Made by a program: the position numbers and the translations under genes. 64,000 nucleotides of DNA, from NCBI GenBank assembly GCA_028695135.1, contig JAQVJM010000002.1, positions 14,249 to 78,248 of the forward strand. The letters run 5' to 3'. Under the pieces are notes generated by a model. That model was not told where the DNA came from. It searched no databases and was given only the letters and a program-made list of their open reading frames with translations. Of this stretch, positions 18,707 through 26,677 are shown piece by piece. Source of the stretch: Candidatus Moraniibacteriota bacterium (GTDB taxonomy: Bacteria; Patescibacteriota; Minisyncoccia; Moranbacterales; UBA9337). Positions within the stretch are counted from its first letter, which is position 1; each line of letters starts with the position of its first letter.

Positions 18707-18879
18707 TGGGGATTAGCCAAGCGGTAAGGCAGCTAGTGGCGCCTGTCCTGCTTAAAGTTCCGAGATCGTCTAATGGTAGGACGACGGGTTCTGGTCCCGT
18801 TAATCCTGGTTCGAGTCCAGGTCTCGGAACTTTGCGCGGGAGTCCCCGTCATGCGGGGGTTCGAATCCCTCATCCCCAG
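18707..18879 (+). pseudogene. Disrupted bacterial-type tRNA-Gln-like gene. The 5' part (18707-18731) carries acceptor strand plus D arm; the 3' part (18836-18879) carries an anticodon-stem hairpin with a 4-nt loop, T arm and 3' acceptor strand. The halves are separated by ~104 nt that contain a complete tRNA gene
   Basis: 5' TGGGGATTAGCCAAGCGGTAAGGCA is nearly identical to the E. coli tRNA-Gln 5' end (UGGGGUAUCGCCAAGCGGUAAGGCA). 3' GCGGG-AGTC-CCCGT CATGC GGGGGTTCGAATCCCTC ATCCCCA G is perfectly complementary to the 5' acceptor strand with U1:A72. The anticodon loop is only 4 nt. Confidence 0.5.
18759..18829 (+). tRNA. tRNA-Gln (anticodon CUG), Glu-like body, U1:A72
   Basis: Cloverleaf TCCGAGA TC GTCT AATGGTA GGAC G ACGGG TTCTGGT CCCGT TAAT CCTGG TTCGAGT CCAGG TCTCGGA A; anticodon loop TT-CTG-GT; D arm resembles tRNA-Glu. 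Confidence 0.8.
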
Positions 18880-18963
18880 CAAGAAAAACCAGAAGGGATT
18901 TGAAGGGCGTGAGTGGGTCGAGCGCCCAGATCCGAAGGGGAATACCTTATTCCCAATATAAAA

Positions 18964-18988
18964 AGACACTCTCGGTGTCTCTTTTTTA
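18964..18988 (+). terminator. Rho-independent terminator after the tRNA cluster
   Basis: AGACAC-TCTCG-GTGTCT followed by CTTTTTT. Confidence 0.65.
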
Positions 18989-19000
18989 TTTATTCATATT

Positions 19001-19897
19001 TTACGGCTGTAAGATATCCTCGGTTCTTCCATCGATCGAAATCACGACATTTTCAACTGTCGGAAATTGTTTCAAGGTTTCGGTTATCTGGGCGCGGATG
19101 GCTGTCACTCGGCAGGATCCTCCGACAGCTCTTTCCAGCTGTTCATCAAAGTCGGCATAGGCGGTTCCGTTCTGGATGGTTATTTTTTGCAGTTTGACAT
19201 CCGGATTTATGGAGGTGAAATATCCCGAATCTTTTTCTTCCCGGGTCGGGCCGACCAAAAGTTCTTCTATGGCTCTTTTGCCGACTGCCTGGGTTCGAGT
19301 GATCGTTCTTTCCCGCGCATACATCTCAGAGCACAGGTCGACGTCGTTATCATTGCCGAAAAAAACTTTTACCGTCATTGTTTCTGTCGGAGCGAATCTT
19401 ATCGGAATCTCTAGCGAATCGTCGAGCTCGCGCATATCGGACGGATTATCTTTTTGAAAAATCAATTTTCCTTCTTGCGCTCCTCGGGAATCGAATTCCA
19501 GAAAGGCCGTGAAGGGGACGAATTCCTCGGTCATCCATTCTTCCTGGGCCGTGGCTATGGCGCTTCCCAGCTCCTGTCCGTTTTCGTTCAGGAGAATTAT
19601 AGGAAAGCTGGCTTCAAAATACCAAGTCCCGCGAGCTTCACCGGATATTTCCAAGGGACTGGATATTTCATCTCCGGCGGACAAGTCCTTGACCCGGATG
19701 AGATCATTTTTTTCTGTTTCAGAAGTCTCTTTCCCGATCTCTTTGCCTTCTTGATCTTCTTCAGAAACGGGAATCCGATCCGTTTCCGGCGGGATGCCGG
19801 AATCATTCTTATTTTTATTAAAAAAATAAAAAGCGAAAAATACCAGAAAAAGGACTGCCGTTGCGATGTAAAAAAGTTTTTTCGTATTTTCCGCCAT
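19001..19897 (-). CDS. GerMN-domain protein (LpqB/Gmad2-like), membrane-anchored
   Basis: N-terminal TM; C-terminal GTREEKDSGYFTSINPDVKLQKITIQNGTAYADFDEQL...GGSCRVTAIRAQITETLKQFPTVENVVISIDGRTEDILQP is typical of the GerMN domain. Confidence 0.6.
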   Translation of the reverse strand: MAENTKKLFYIATAVLFLVFFAFYFFNKNKNDSGIPPETDRIPVSEEDQEGKEIGKETSETEKNDLIRVKDLSAGDEISSPLEISGEARGTWYFEASFPIILLNENGQELGSAIATAQEEWMTEEFVPFTAFLEFDSRGAQEGKLIFQKDNPSDMRELDDSLEIPIRFAPTETMTVKVFFGNDNDVDLCSEMYARERTITRTQAVGKRAIEELLVGPTREEKDSGYFTSINPDVKLQKITIQNGTAYADFDEQLERAVGGSCRVTAIRAQITETLKQFPTVENVVISIDGRTEDILQP

Positions 19898-20083
19898 ATT
19901 TTTTTATTGAATCATATACTATTATAGCAGTAAATTATGGAAATAACCAACAAATATGTCGGACCGGTGCGGCATTAGATTTTTAAAGAAAAAAATGCTA
20001 TTATAAAGAAGGTCTTGGAGGCTTCTATAGAGGCCTCTATAGAAGCCTCTATTTTTAAAATCATTTTTTAAAATCGATATAGT

Positions 20084-20308
20084 ATGCTAATTTACGCATA
20101 TGCGCAAATTAGCATAATTATAAATTATGATATGAGAGCAGGCAACAAAAAAGCGGTCTGTAAGATAAAAAAATCAAGCGCATACAGCTATTCCATAACC
20201 ATTCCCAAAAAAATGATGGATAAATATGATTGGCGGGAAAAACAGAAAATGGTGATAGAAGACAAGGGCGGGGGAAAGTTGGAAATCAGGGATTGGCACA
20301 GCAGATAA
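20084..20308 (+). CDS. Small hypothetical protein
   Basis: 74-aa ORF followed by a 34-bp perfect palindrome and T-run; no family recognised. Confidence 0.3.
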   Translation: MLIYAYAQISIIINYDMRAGNKKAVCKIKKSSAYSYSITIPKKMMDKYDWREKQKMVIEDKGGGKLEIRDWHSR

Positions 20309-20326
20309 TCGGTCTCATAATTTTTT

Positions 20327-20360
20327 TCTACAGTATCGTTCGATCGAACGATACTGTAGA
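20327..20360. terminator. 34-bp perfect palindrome (17-bp stem) followed by a T-run, either a terminator or an operator
   Basis: TCTACAGTATCGTTCGA|TCGAACGATACTGTAGA then AATAAGTTTTTTT. Confidence 0.5.
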
Positions 20361-20377
20361 ATAAGTTTTTTTAGGGT

Positions 20378-20584
20378 ATGGAAGAAAGTGTATTGAATAA
20401 ACTTGAAAATCAAGAGAAAAAGATAGACGAAATATATAAGTCCGTAGAAAAAACCAGGAAATATTTTTTATGGACGCTGATAATTTCCGCGGGAGCGATC
20501 CTTATTCCGCTTGTCGGACTCATGATCATAGTTCCTTGGTTTTTGAAAGCGATAAGCTCCGCTTATTCCGGATTAGGGATATAG
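20378..20584 (+). CDS. Small membrane protein (hypothetical)
   Basis: 68 aa with one long hydrophobic segment. Confidence 0.3.
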   Translation: MEESVLNKLENQEKKIDEIYKSVEKTRKYFLWTLIISAGAILIPLVGLMIIVPWFLKAISSAYSGLGI

Positions 20585-20629
20585 CTGCGCATCCAAGAAA
20601 AAAATTTTTTATCTTTAAGTTTGTTCCTA

Positions 20630-20733
20630 TATGATGAGAATATATTATTTTATGAACCTGTAGGCAACCTAGCGCTTTTTTATTAGAATAAGGAGCATTC
20701 CTGGGGTTCATAAAATAATATATTCTCATCTCT
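20630..20733. repeat. Long perfect inverted repeat (28-bp arms, 46-nt spacer) forming a large hairpin, MITE-like or a structured RNA
   Basis: TATGATGAGAATATATTATTTTATGAACC ... GGTTCATAAAATAATATATTCTCATCTC. Confidence 0.6.
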
Positions 20734-20788
20734 TAAAATTATTTAAAATTCGAGCATCGTTGTAAGAATTACAAAATTAGTATATTCG

Positions 20789-20808
20789 CCTGCCTGCCGG
20801 CAGGCAGG
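20789..20808. repeat. GC-rich REP-like perfect palindrome CCTGCCTGCCGGCAGGCAGG (copy 1), nested in a longer AT-rich inverted repeat
   Basis: Exact 20-bp palindrome; identical copy at 22270-22289; related copies at 29197-29218 and 33196-33262. Confidence 0.7.
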
Positions 20809-20833
20809 TACAAATTTGTAATTTCGTAAAGAT

Positions 20834-21955
20834 ATGAAGATTGCCATTCAAGCGGCTGATCTGGACAACAACAGGATAGACGGGACGCGCGTCTATCTTT
20901 TAAATGTGCTTAAATATCTGGGAAAAATTTCCCCGGAAGATGATTTTTTTATTTATCATAAAAAGGAATTTAATCCGGAACTAGTTCCGCCAGAGTTTAC
21001 GAATTACGTAATCAAAAAAGTGTCATCTCCTTTCCTATGGACGCAGACAAGATTTGCTTGGGAGGTTTGGAAGGAAGGTGTCGATGTCTTGTGGATGCCG
21101 ATGCATAATGCGCCACTTTTTGGAAGCAAGAAAACAAAAAAGGTCGTAACGATCCACGATTTGGCTTTCAAGAGATTTTCTGAAGCTTTCACCAAGGGAG
21201 ACCTGTTCAAATTAAACCTGCTTACGGAGCTGGCGATAAAAAAAGCCGACAAAATTATCGCTGTTTCGCAGTCCACCAAAAGAGACATACTGGAATTTTA
21301 TCCGGAAATAAATCCAGAAGATATTAGAGTTATCTATCACGGATTTGACGCTGAATTATTTGAAAAAAGATATTCAGAAGAAAAGAGGAACAGCGTCCTA
21401 AAAAGCTATAAGTTAAAAGCTAAAAGCTACATTCTCTATGTCGGCGCGATCCAACCGAGAAAAAACTTGAAGACCCTAATAAGGGCTTTCGAATCGTTGA
21501 AGGGAAGCGGGGAAGCGGAAGATCTTAAATTGGTCATTTCCGGAAGCAAGGCTTGGCGCTGGGAAGACACGATCGAAGCGGTGGAAAAAAGCAGCCAGAG
21601 GGAAAACATAATTTTAACCGGTAGGGTTTCTTTTGAAGATCTTTCGATTATCTATAGGGGCGCGTCGGTTTTTGTTTTTCCTTCCCTGTATGAAGGTTTC
21701 GGCATTCCGGTTTTGGAAGCTTTTGCTTCGGGCGTTCCGGCCGTCGTTTCCAGAAATTCCAGCCTTGAGGAAGTGGGAGGGGAGGCGGTAGAATATTTCG
21801 ACGGATCGGATGCCGGAGACCTTTCGAAAAAAATAGGAAATATTTTGAAAAGCGATGAGATTCAAAGATCAATGGTTGAAAAAGGGAAAAAACGATTGAA
21901 AAATTTTTCTTGGGAGAAATGCGCGAGGGAGACTTTGGGTTTTTTGAAAAGTTAA
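20834..21955 (+). CDS. Glycosyltransferase family 4
   Basis: GT-B fold; C-terminal SLYEGFGIPVLEAFASGVPAVVS...EEVGGEAVEYFD (EX7E). Confidence 0.8.
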   Translation: MKIAIQAADLDNNRIDGTRVYLLNVLKYLGKISPEDDFFIYHKKEFNPELVPPEFTNYVIKKVSSPFLWTQTRFAWEVWKEGVDVLWMPMHNAPLFGSKKTKKVVTIHDLAFKRFSEAFTKGDLFKLNLLTELAIKKADKIIAVSQSTKRDILEFYPEINPEDIRVIYHGFDAELFEKRYSEEKRNSVLKSYKLKAKSYILYVGAIQPRKNLKTLIRAFESLKGSGEAEDLKLVISGSKAWRWEDTIEAVEKSSQRENIILTGRVSFEDLSIIYRGASVFVFPSLYEGFGIPVLEAFASGVPAVVSRNSSLEEVGGEAVEYFDGSDAGDLSKKIGNILKSDEIQRSMVEKGKKRLKNFSWEKCARETLGFLKS

Positions 21956-22008
21956 AAAGCGCTTCTCTTTCCCCGAAAGGGCTGAAGCGCAGTTCATTTA
22001 TATTCTCA

Positions 22009-22040
22009 AATATGCCCGTTTTCTTTCTCGCCAAAGAAAA
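22009..22040. terminator. Strong 13-bp hairpin downstream of the GT4 gene (putative terminator, weak T-run)
   Basis: GCCCGTTTTCTTT-ctcgcc-AAAGAAAACGGGC. Confidence 0.4.
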
Positions 22041-22059
22041 CGGGCAAAAAGAAACCGCA

Positions 22060-22200
22060 TCCTGACAACCTCGGCGATAAGATCAAGCTTCATTCTTTAA
22101 AATTTCATATTCCCCCGCTCGCCTAGGCGAGCGGGTCCATTTCACTGAAATTTTAAATCATTCAGCCTGATCTTATGACGCCTCGGTTGTCGCGGATGAA
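22060..22200. repeat. Long imperfect hairpin element centred on a CTCGCC-TAG-GCGAG stem and bounded by CCTCGG...CGCCTCGG repeats
   Basis: Arms GATAAGATCA/TGATCTTAT and TTAAAATTTCA/TGAAATTTTAA around CCCCGCTCGCCTAGGCGAGCGGG; ends with the CCTCGGTTGTCGCGGA motif. Confidence 0.5.
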
Positions 22201-22269
22201 TGATAATTAATTCGAGATTAAATTGTGCAAAAATCCGCCCGTCTGCACATGTCATTCTGAACGAATTGA

Positions 22270-22289
22270 ACCTGCCTGCCGGCAGGCAG
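22270..22289. repeat. REP-like palindrome CCTGCCTGCCGGCAGGCAGG (copy 2)
   Basis: Identical to 20789-20808; the two copies bracket the GT4 gene 20834-21955. Confidence 0.7.
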
Positions 22290-22352
22290 GAAATCTCTGT
22301 TTATTTAGATGAGATCATTCTCTGCGCCCAGGATGACATTTGAGAAATGTCA

Positions 22353-22453
22353 CTTCTTGACGCTCAAAAGCTAAAATTTGGAAACGCACTTGCGATGTGC
22401 GGAATGCAGCTGATCGTTCAGTCTAATTTTATTATACCTCGGTTGTCGCGGAC
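22353..22453. repeat. Intergenic repeat element (copy 1): TTCTTGACGCTCAAAAGCTAAAATTTGGAAACGCACTTGCGATGTGCGGA ... CCTCGGTTGTCGCGGA
   Basis: Near-identical copy at 62998-63100 downstream of another GT4 gene. Confidence 0.65.
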
Positions 22454-22477
22454 GGAGCGAAAGAATTTTATTTGTAT

Positions 22478-22855
22478 TTAATTGTCTATAAAAAGAACTT
22501 TAAAAAAGTAATAGATTATAAAAAGCGAAGTTGTCGTTATTATTATAATTTCTGACCAGTGAAATTTGATCAGAGAAAGGGAAATTATGATTATTCCAAA
22601 AATGGCGGCAATCGCGCAGTGCCATTTTTTTATCTTTAAATCGAATGATAAACCCAGAATTTTCCCTAGCGCAGACAGCATAACTATCAGAATCAAGGAG
22701 AATATAGCCAGCCTCAGAAAACTGAGATGGGCGGATATTAATCCGGGCAGGATGCTTTCGGCCAGAAGCGCCGCGGACCATACGAAAAAAGCAAGAAATA
22801 TTATGATTTCCAAAATTTTATAAATCAATAGTTTTTTATTTTTGTCCAGTTCCAT
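22478..22855 (-). CDS. Polytopic small membrane protein (hypothetical)
   Basis: 125 aa, 3-4 hydrophobic helices. Confidence 0.4.
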   Translation of the reverse strand: MELDKNKKLLIYKILEIIIFLAFFVWSAALLAESILPGLISAHLSFLRLAIFSLILIVMLSALGKILGLSFDLKIKKWHCAIAAIFGIIIISLSLIKFHWSEIIIITTTSLFIIYYFFKVLFIDN

Positions 22856-22955
22856 TTTTTTATGATTAAAATTTATAATCCGTCATGGCGGATCGGATCC
22901 TTCGAATATGCGGTTCAGGATATTTGAATATCATTTTTTGTAGATTCGTATTATA

Positions 22956-23900
22956 TCATAATTTTTCTCCCGTAAATCTCGCTCTTATTTTATTCTTGGT
23001 ATCGGCAAGGAAGAGAAAGAGGTTGCTTTTATTGGGCGTCTTTTTGAATTCCAAATCTATTTTTGCTATTTTTACACTTTTGGGAATGTCGGACAATTCG
23101 AAACGGTAATCCTTTCCGGAAAATCGCGATAATTTTTCTGCGGATATTGTGCAGGAATATCTCCTTTTAAAAAACGGATGCTGATCCGGATGGCAAACTT
23201 CTCCTATGGCCAAGCTTCCTTCCTGGACTGATATGTTATTTTTAAAATCTTTCACATAAGGATATTCGGAGAGATTTATCTTTTTCTTGAATCCGTTTTC
23301 TATCAGGTAATAGTTGTCCTTATCAGTATGAAGTATCGTTCCTTCAGGATGGGCGGACGAGATATTAAGAAGATCTTCTTTCTCATATTCGCTAAGGTCA
23401 ATCTCTCCTGTTTCTCTGTTTTCAAAAGCATATCCTAATCCGGTTAGAGTGAGAGGGTTGTCTATGGGGTTCTTTTGGCGGTTTCCCGCGATGAAATAAG
23501 ATTCCTCCGAGGCCACTAAGAGATTTTCTTGGATATCCGTTCCAAGGCTCTCCCGCAGTTCAGCTTCCGGGTAAAAGAATGACTTGTAGGATTTTTTTAC
23601 GTTTATTTGAGATACGGAAATCGGATCGGATTTTTTTTCCAAATTGATTGAAATATCTATTTTTGAAAAATCTTGCGGAGTAGAAGCAAAGAATGAAATG
23701 GAATTTTCCGATTGGGAAACGTCAGTCACAGTGTTTTTCAGGCTGTTCATATTCCTAAAAGACTGCATAAAATATTCCGAAGGGAAAAGAAGACGGTAAA
23801 AGAAGCAGAGGGAGCCTAAGATGAAAATTGTAAAAATAAAAAGAACGGAAATCCTAAAATTTTTTTTGTTTTTTTCATCCAGCTTGAGATTATTTTTCAT
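22956..23900 (-). CDS. Exported hypothetical protein with N-terminal TM anchor
   Basis: ISVLFIFTIFILGSLCFFY TM then soluble domain; directly downstream of (3 nt from) the big membrane protein gene. Confidence 0.4.
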   Translation of the reverse strand: MKNNLKLDEKNKKNFRISVLFIFTIFILGSLCFFYRLLFPSEYFMQSFRNMNSLKNTVTDVSQSENSISFFASTPQDFSKIDISINLEKKSDPISVSQINVKKSYKSFFYPEAELRESLGTDIQENLLVASEESYFIAGNRQKNPIDNPLTLTGLGYAFENRETGEIDLSEYEKEDLLNISSAHPEGTILHTDKDNYYLIENGFKKKINLSEYPYVKDFKNNISVQEGSLAIGEVCHPDQHPFFKRRYSCTISAEKLSRFSGKDYRFELSDIPKSVKIAKIDLEFKKTPNKSNLFLFLADTKNKIRARFTGEKL

Positions 23901-23903
23901 AGG

Positions 23904-25790
23904 CTATTTTTTTATTTCAAAAATTTCTCCCTTTACATGAATATTTTCTTTTTTAGGAAATGAAAAATCTTTTGGCGGATCGATAAGCGCATTGGTGACG
24001 AAGGAATAGGAATTGACGGATATAAGCTTGTCTCCTAGATAGCTTTCCTTGTAGTATTTTACATTGCTTTTGGGAGTTATCAAATATATTTTCTCATATT
24101 TTTGAGTATTGAGACGCTTCAAGTCATCGGGATTGAAAAAATAAACGGCATTTTTTTCAAAAAGGAAGTTCATAGGAGCGGCGATCATTTCTTGGCTGTT
24201 TCCCCCGGATTTTTGATCTACGAGAATCAGATCGTTCTCGGTGAAATTCTGGCTTATATTCCTGGTATCCTCCATGAGGTTCATTCCGGGGACATAAGAG
24301 AAAAAATAAATGGCGGCCGGGAGGTTAAGAATAATTATAAAAAGCAGGATAATTTTATAATAAAGCGCTTGTGCGGGTTTTTTGAAAAAAGCGCAGAGCA
24401 AAAGAGGGGAATATAATATCGCAGCCGGCAGGACGGCGAAGACGAATCTTCTCAGCATCCATGGATGGTCGGGGGTTATCTGTGGATTGAGTATATATAT
24501 GAAAGAGGGGAGAGCGATAAAAAAGGGAACAAGTTTTACGTAGTCTCTTTTTTTGAAAAAATATATTACGGAGACGAATCCCAAAAGAAGGGGCGCCAAT
24601 ATTCCGTAAAGCGCAAAGATTTTAAAAAGGTTGAGAGAGGAGATGGCGTAATCGCCGGTAATCTTTGCGGCGTTTCCGGAAAAATCTTTTGCCAAAGCTT
24701 TAATGATAGCTTTGTAAAAATAAACATCCGCGACCAAATTCCAAGCGAAGAAAAAGACGAGCAATGCAATAGCCGGTAAAATGATCTTTAGGAAATTTAT
24801 TCTAAAATATCTAGCAGTGTTTTTGTGGAGAAGAAGGATAAAAATCATTGCTACAAAGAAGGCCAAACCTTCAATCCGAGTAAAGACCAACAATCCGAAA
24901 CTCATAAATAAAACAAGCAACGTTATCGCATTTTTGTAAAAGCTTTCTACTTTTGATCCGGTCAGATAAATCATCTGAAGAATTCCTATCCAAAGGAGGG
25001 CCAGTGCCATATTTTCCGTGAGAGTGAATTTGGCAAACCAGAAAAAGGAAAAGGATGTGGCGACAATAGACAAGGTTGCAATTGATGCAAAAAGAGCCTC
25101 TTTTTTCCCGAGGGGTTTTGCGAGACTGAAAGAAATCAAAAATATGGATAGGAGAAAAATATAAAGGAGAATGGCGTTGGCGATTATGAATCCGGCCAGA
25201 CCCAAAAAGGAATAAAAAAATGAAAGCCATGATATGTAGACTAAGGGAAATTGGGTAGATAGATTTCCATCCGGTGTGTAAAAAAATCCGGGAAAATTCA
25301 GCGCTTTTCCGGAAGCATCGGCGTGGCAGTAAAATCCATCCAGTTTTTCTTTCAAGGAGCGGTTATCTTTTTCAGTCAGGCCTTTTTCTTTGATACAGCC
25401 GGCCATTTTGTCCCGGGGCGCGGAATTTATCTCAAAAAAATCTCGGGATACCGGATTGGAAAATTCCAGCTGATTGTTCTGTGAGAGCCTGATGGCGGCT
25501 TCGCTTATGGATCCCTGGTCGCGTCCGGAAAAGACAGTCGGATTTACATAGACAGAAAAAGCGGTGACAATTATAAATAAGCTTAAGTTGACGATTACGA
25601 AAGTCCGGGATGATTTTAGGAGAGGTTTCAAGAAAAACCTTATTCCCAGAGCTACTACAAGCGCTATAAACAAGACAAGGATCCACCAGTAAAAAGCGCC
25701 CAATAGGGTGATAATAAAAGCCAGCCATCCGAGAGCCAGCCAGAAAAGTAAAAATATATTAAAAGATTCAAAGTCATTTTTGTTTAGCAT
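23904..25790 (-). CDS. Large polytopic membrane protein (~14 TM), possible GT-C/ArnT-like glycosyltransferase or related
   Basis: Multiple TM helices across 500 aa then a C-terminal soluble domain; the architecture resembles 12173-14212. Confidence 0.45.
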   Translation of the reverse strand: MLNKNDFESFNIFLLFWLALGWLAFIITLLGAFYWWILVLFIALVVALGIRFFLKPLLKSSRTFVIVNLSLFIIVTAFSVYVNPTVFSGRDQGSISEAAIRLSQNNQLEFSNPVSRDFFEINSAPRDKMAGCIKEKGLTEKDNRSLKEKLDGFYCHADASGKALNFPGFFYTPDGNLSTQFPLVYISWLSFFYSFLGLAGFIIANAILLYIFLLSIFLISFSLAKPLGKKEALFASIATLSIVATSFSFFWFAKFTLTENMALALLWIGILQMIYLTGSKVESFYKNAITLLVLFMSFGLLVFTRIEGLAFFVAMIFILLLHKNTARYFRINFLKIILPAIALLVFFFAWNLVADVYFYKAIIKALAKDFSGNAAKITGDYAISSLNLFKIFALYGILAPLLLGFVSVIYFFKKRDYVKLVPFFIALPSFIYILNPQITPDHPWMLRRFVFAVLPAAILYSPLLLCAFFKKPAQALYYKIILLFIIILNLPAAIYFFSYVPGMNLMEDTRNISQNFTENDLILVDQKSGGNSQEMIAAPMNFLFEKNAVYFFNPDDLKRLNTQKYEKIYLITPKSNVKYYKESYLGDKLISVNSYSFVTNALIDPPKDFSFPKKENIHVKGEIFEIKK

Positions 25791-25887
25791 ACTTAAACTA
25801 TAAACGCAAAATCTTCGGTTGACAAGGTTGCCGGGTTTTGTAAATCAGGCTAATATTAGGGAAGGCGAGCATTTTTAATCATTTTTT

Positions 25888-26262
25888 ATGTCTATAAGAT
25901 TTTACATCTGGGGCCTTGTGTTTAGCACGATCCTATCTCTGGCGGCGTGGGTCTTTGTCATCTTCTATATCGATCCGGAAGAAGCGGGAGTATTCGGGAA
26001 ATTTTTCTTCTTTGCCAGCTTGTTTCTTTTCCTTTCCGGGCTGTTTGTGACTTTTCTGGTATGGCTCAGAATGAAATTTATGGGCGAAGAAGTCGCGGCG
26101 GAAACTATCGGGCTTAGCTCAAGGCAGGGAATTCTCTCGGCTTTATTTTTTACTGCAGTTATTGTTTTATTCGGATCCGGATACCTGGTTTGGTGGAACG
26201 CCCTTTTGGTTTTGGCGGGAATATTGTTGGTTGAATTTTATTTCTTGAGCCGGGATAAATAG
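25888..26262 (+). CDS. Four-TM small membrane protein (hypothetical)
   Basis: Hydrophobicity pattern. Confidence 0.4.
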   Translation: MSIRFYIWGLVFSTILSLAAWVFVIFYIDPEEAGVFGKFFFFASLFLFLSGLFVTFLVWLRMKFMGEEVAAETIGLSSRQGILSALFFTAVIVLFGSGYLVWWNALLVLAGILLVEFYFLSRDK

Positions 26263-26353
26263 ATTTGACTTAGGGCATAAAGGATGCAAGAATAAGTCAA
26301 CCAAAAATGGTTGTTTTTTAGTTTTTTTGAAAATTTACATAAGGAGAAGAAAA

Positions 26354-26545
26354 ATGGAGATTAAAAAATTCAAAAAGAACGGACTGAATGTTATTAAGAT
26401 CTACGGAACGATGGCCGGGAAACTCAGATATCCTATTACATTGATCGATACTCCGGGCGCAATTATAATCGATATCGAGAAGCCGGAGCTGCTAAGCATC
26501 AAGGGCTATAGGATCGTTAAGGAAGAGAATATTTCTTCACGTTGA
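26354..26545 (+). CDS. Small hypothetical protein upstream of thyX
   Basis: AGGAG RBS 6 nt upstream of the ATG at 26354 (MEIKKFKKNG...); the ORF track begins at 26327. Confidence 0.3.
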   Translation: MEIKKFKKNGLNVIKIYGTMAGKLRYPITLIDTPGAIIIDIEKPELLSIKGYRIVKEENISSR

Positions 26546-26677
26546 TGCTGCGGCAGAAATGCGCGCAAAGATATTCTTTGAGATAAAGACTGCTCCGGAA
26601 AGTTTTAAAAGAACCTGATGACCAAGGCGAGGTTTTTGGGTAGTGATAAAATTCAAATATGAGGAGGAAAGCGGATT

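Noticed and set aside
18707-18879. tmRNA (ssrA) as an explanation for separated tRNA-like 5' and 3' ends
   Set aside because: Only ~170 nt apart. The interior is a complete tRNA-Gln, with no tag-peptide reading frame or pseudoknots.
18664-19197. ORFs overlapping the tRNA-Gln locus (18664-18903+, 18733-18969-, 18773-18961+, 18900-19160+, 18913-19197+)
   Set aside because: Overlap tRNA genes and a terminator; GC-rich only because of the tRNA sequence.
20526-20729. ORF 20526-20729 (-)
   Set aside because: Spans the 28-bp inverted repeat hairpin; better explained as a structured non-coding element.
21648-22034. ORF 21648-22034 (-) antisense to the GT4 gene
   Set aside because: Antisense to a well-supported GT4 gene and extends into the terminator hairpin.
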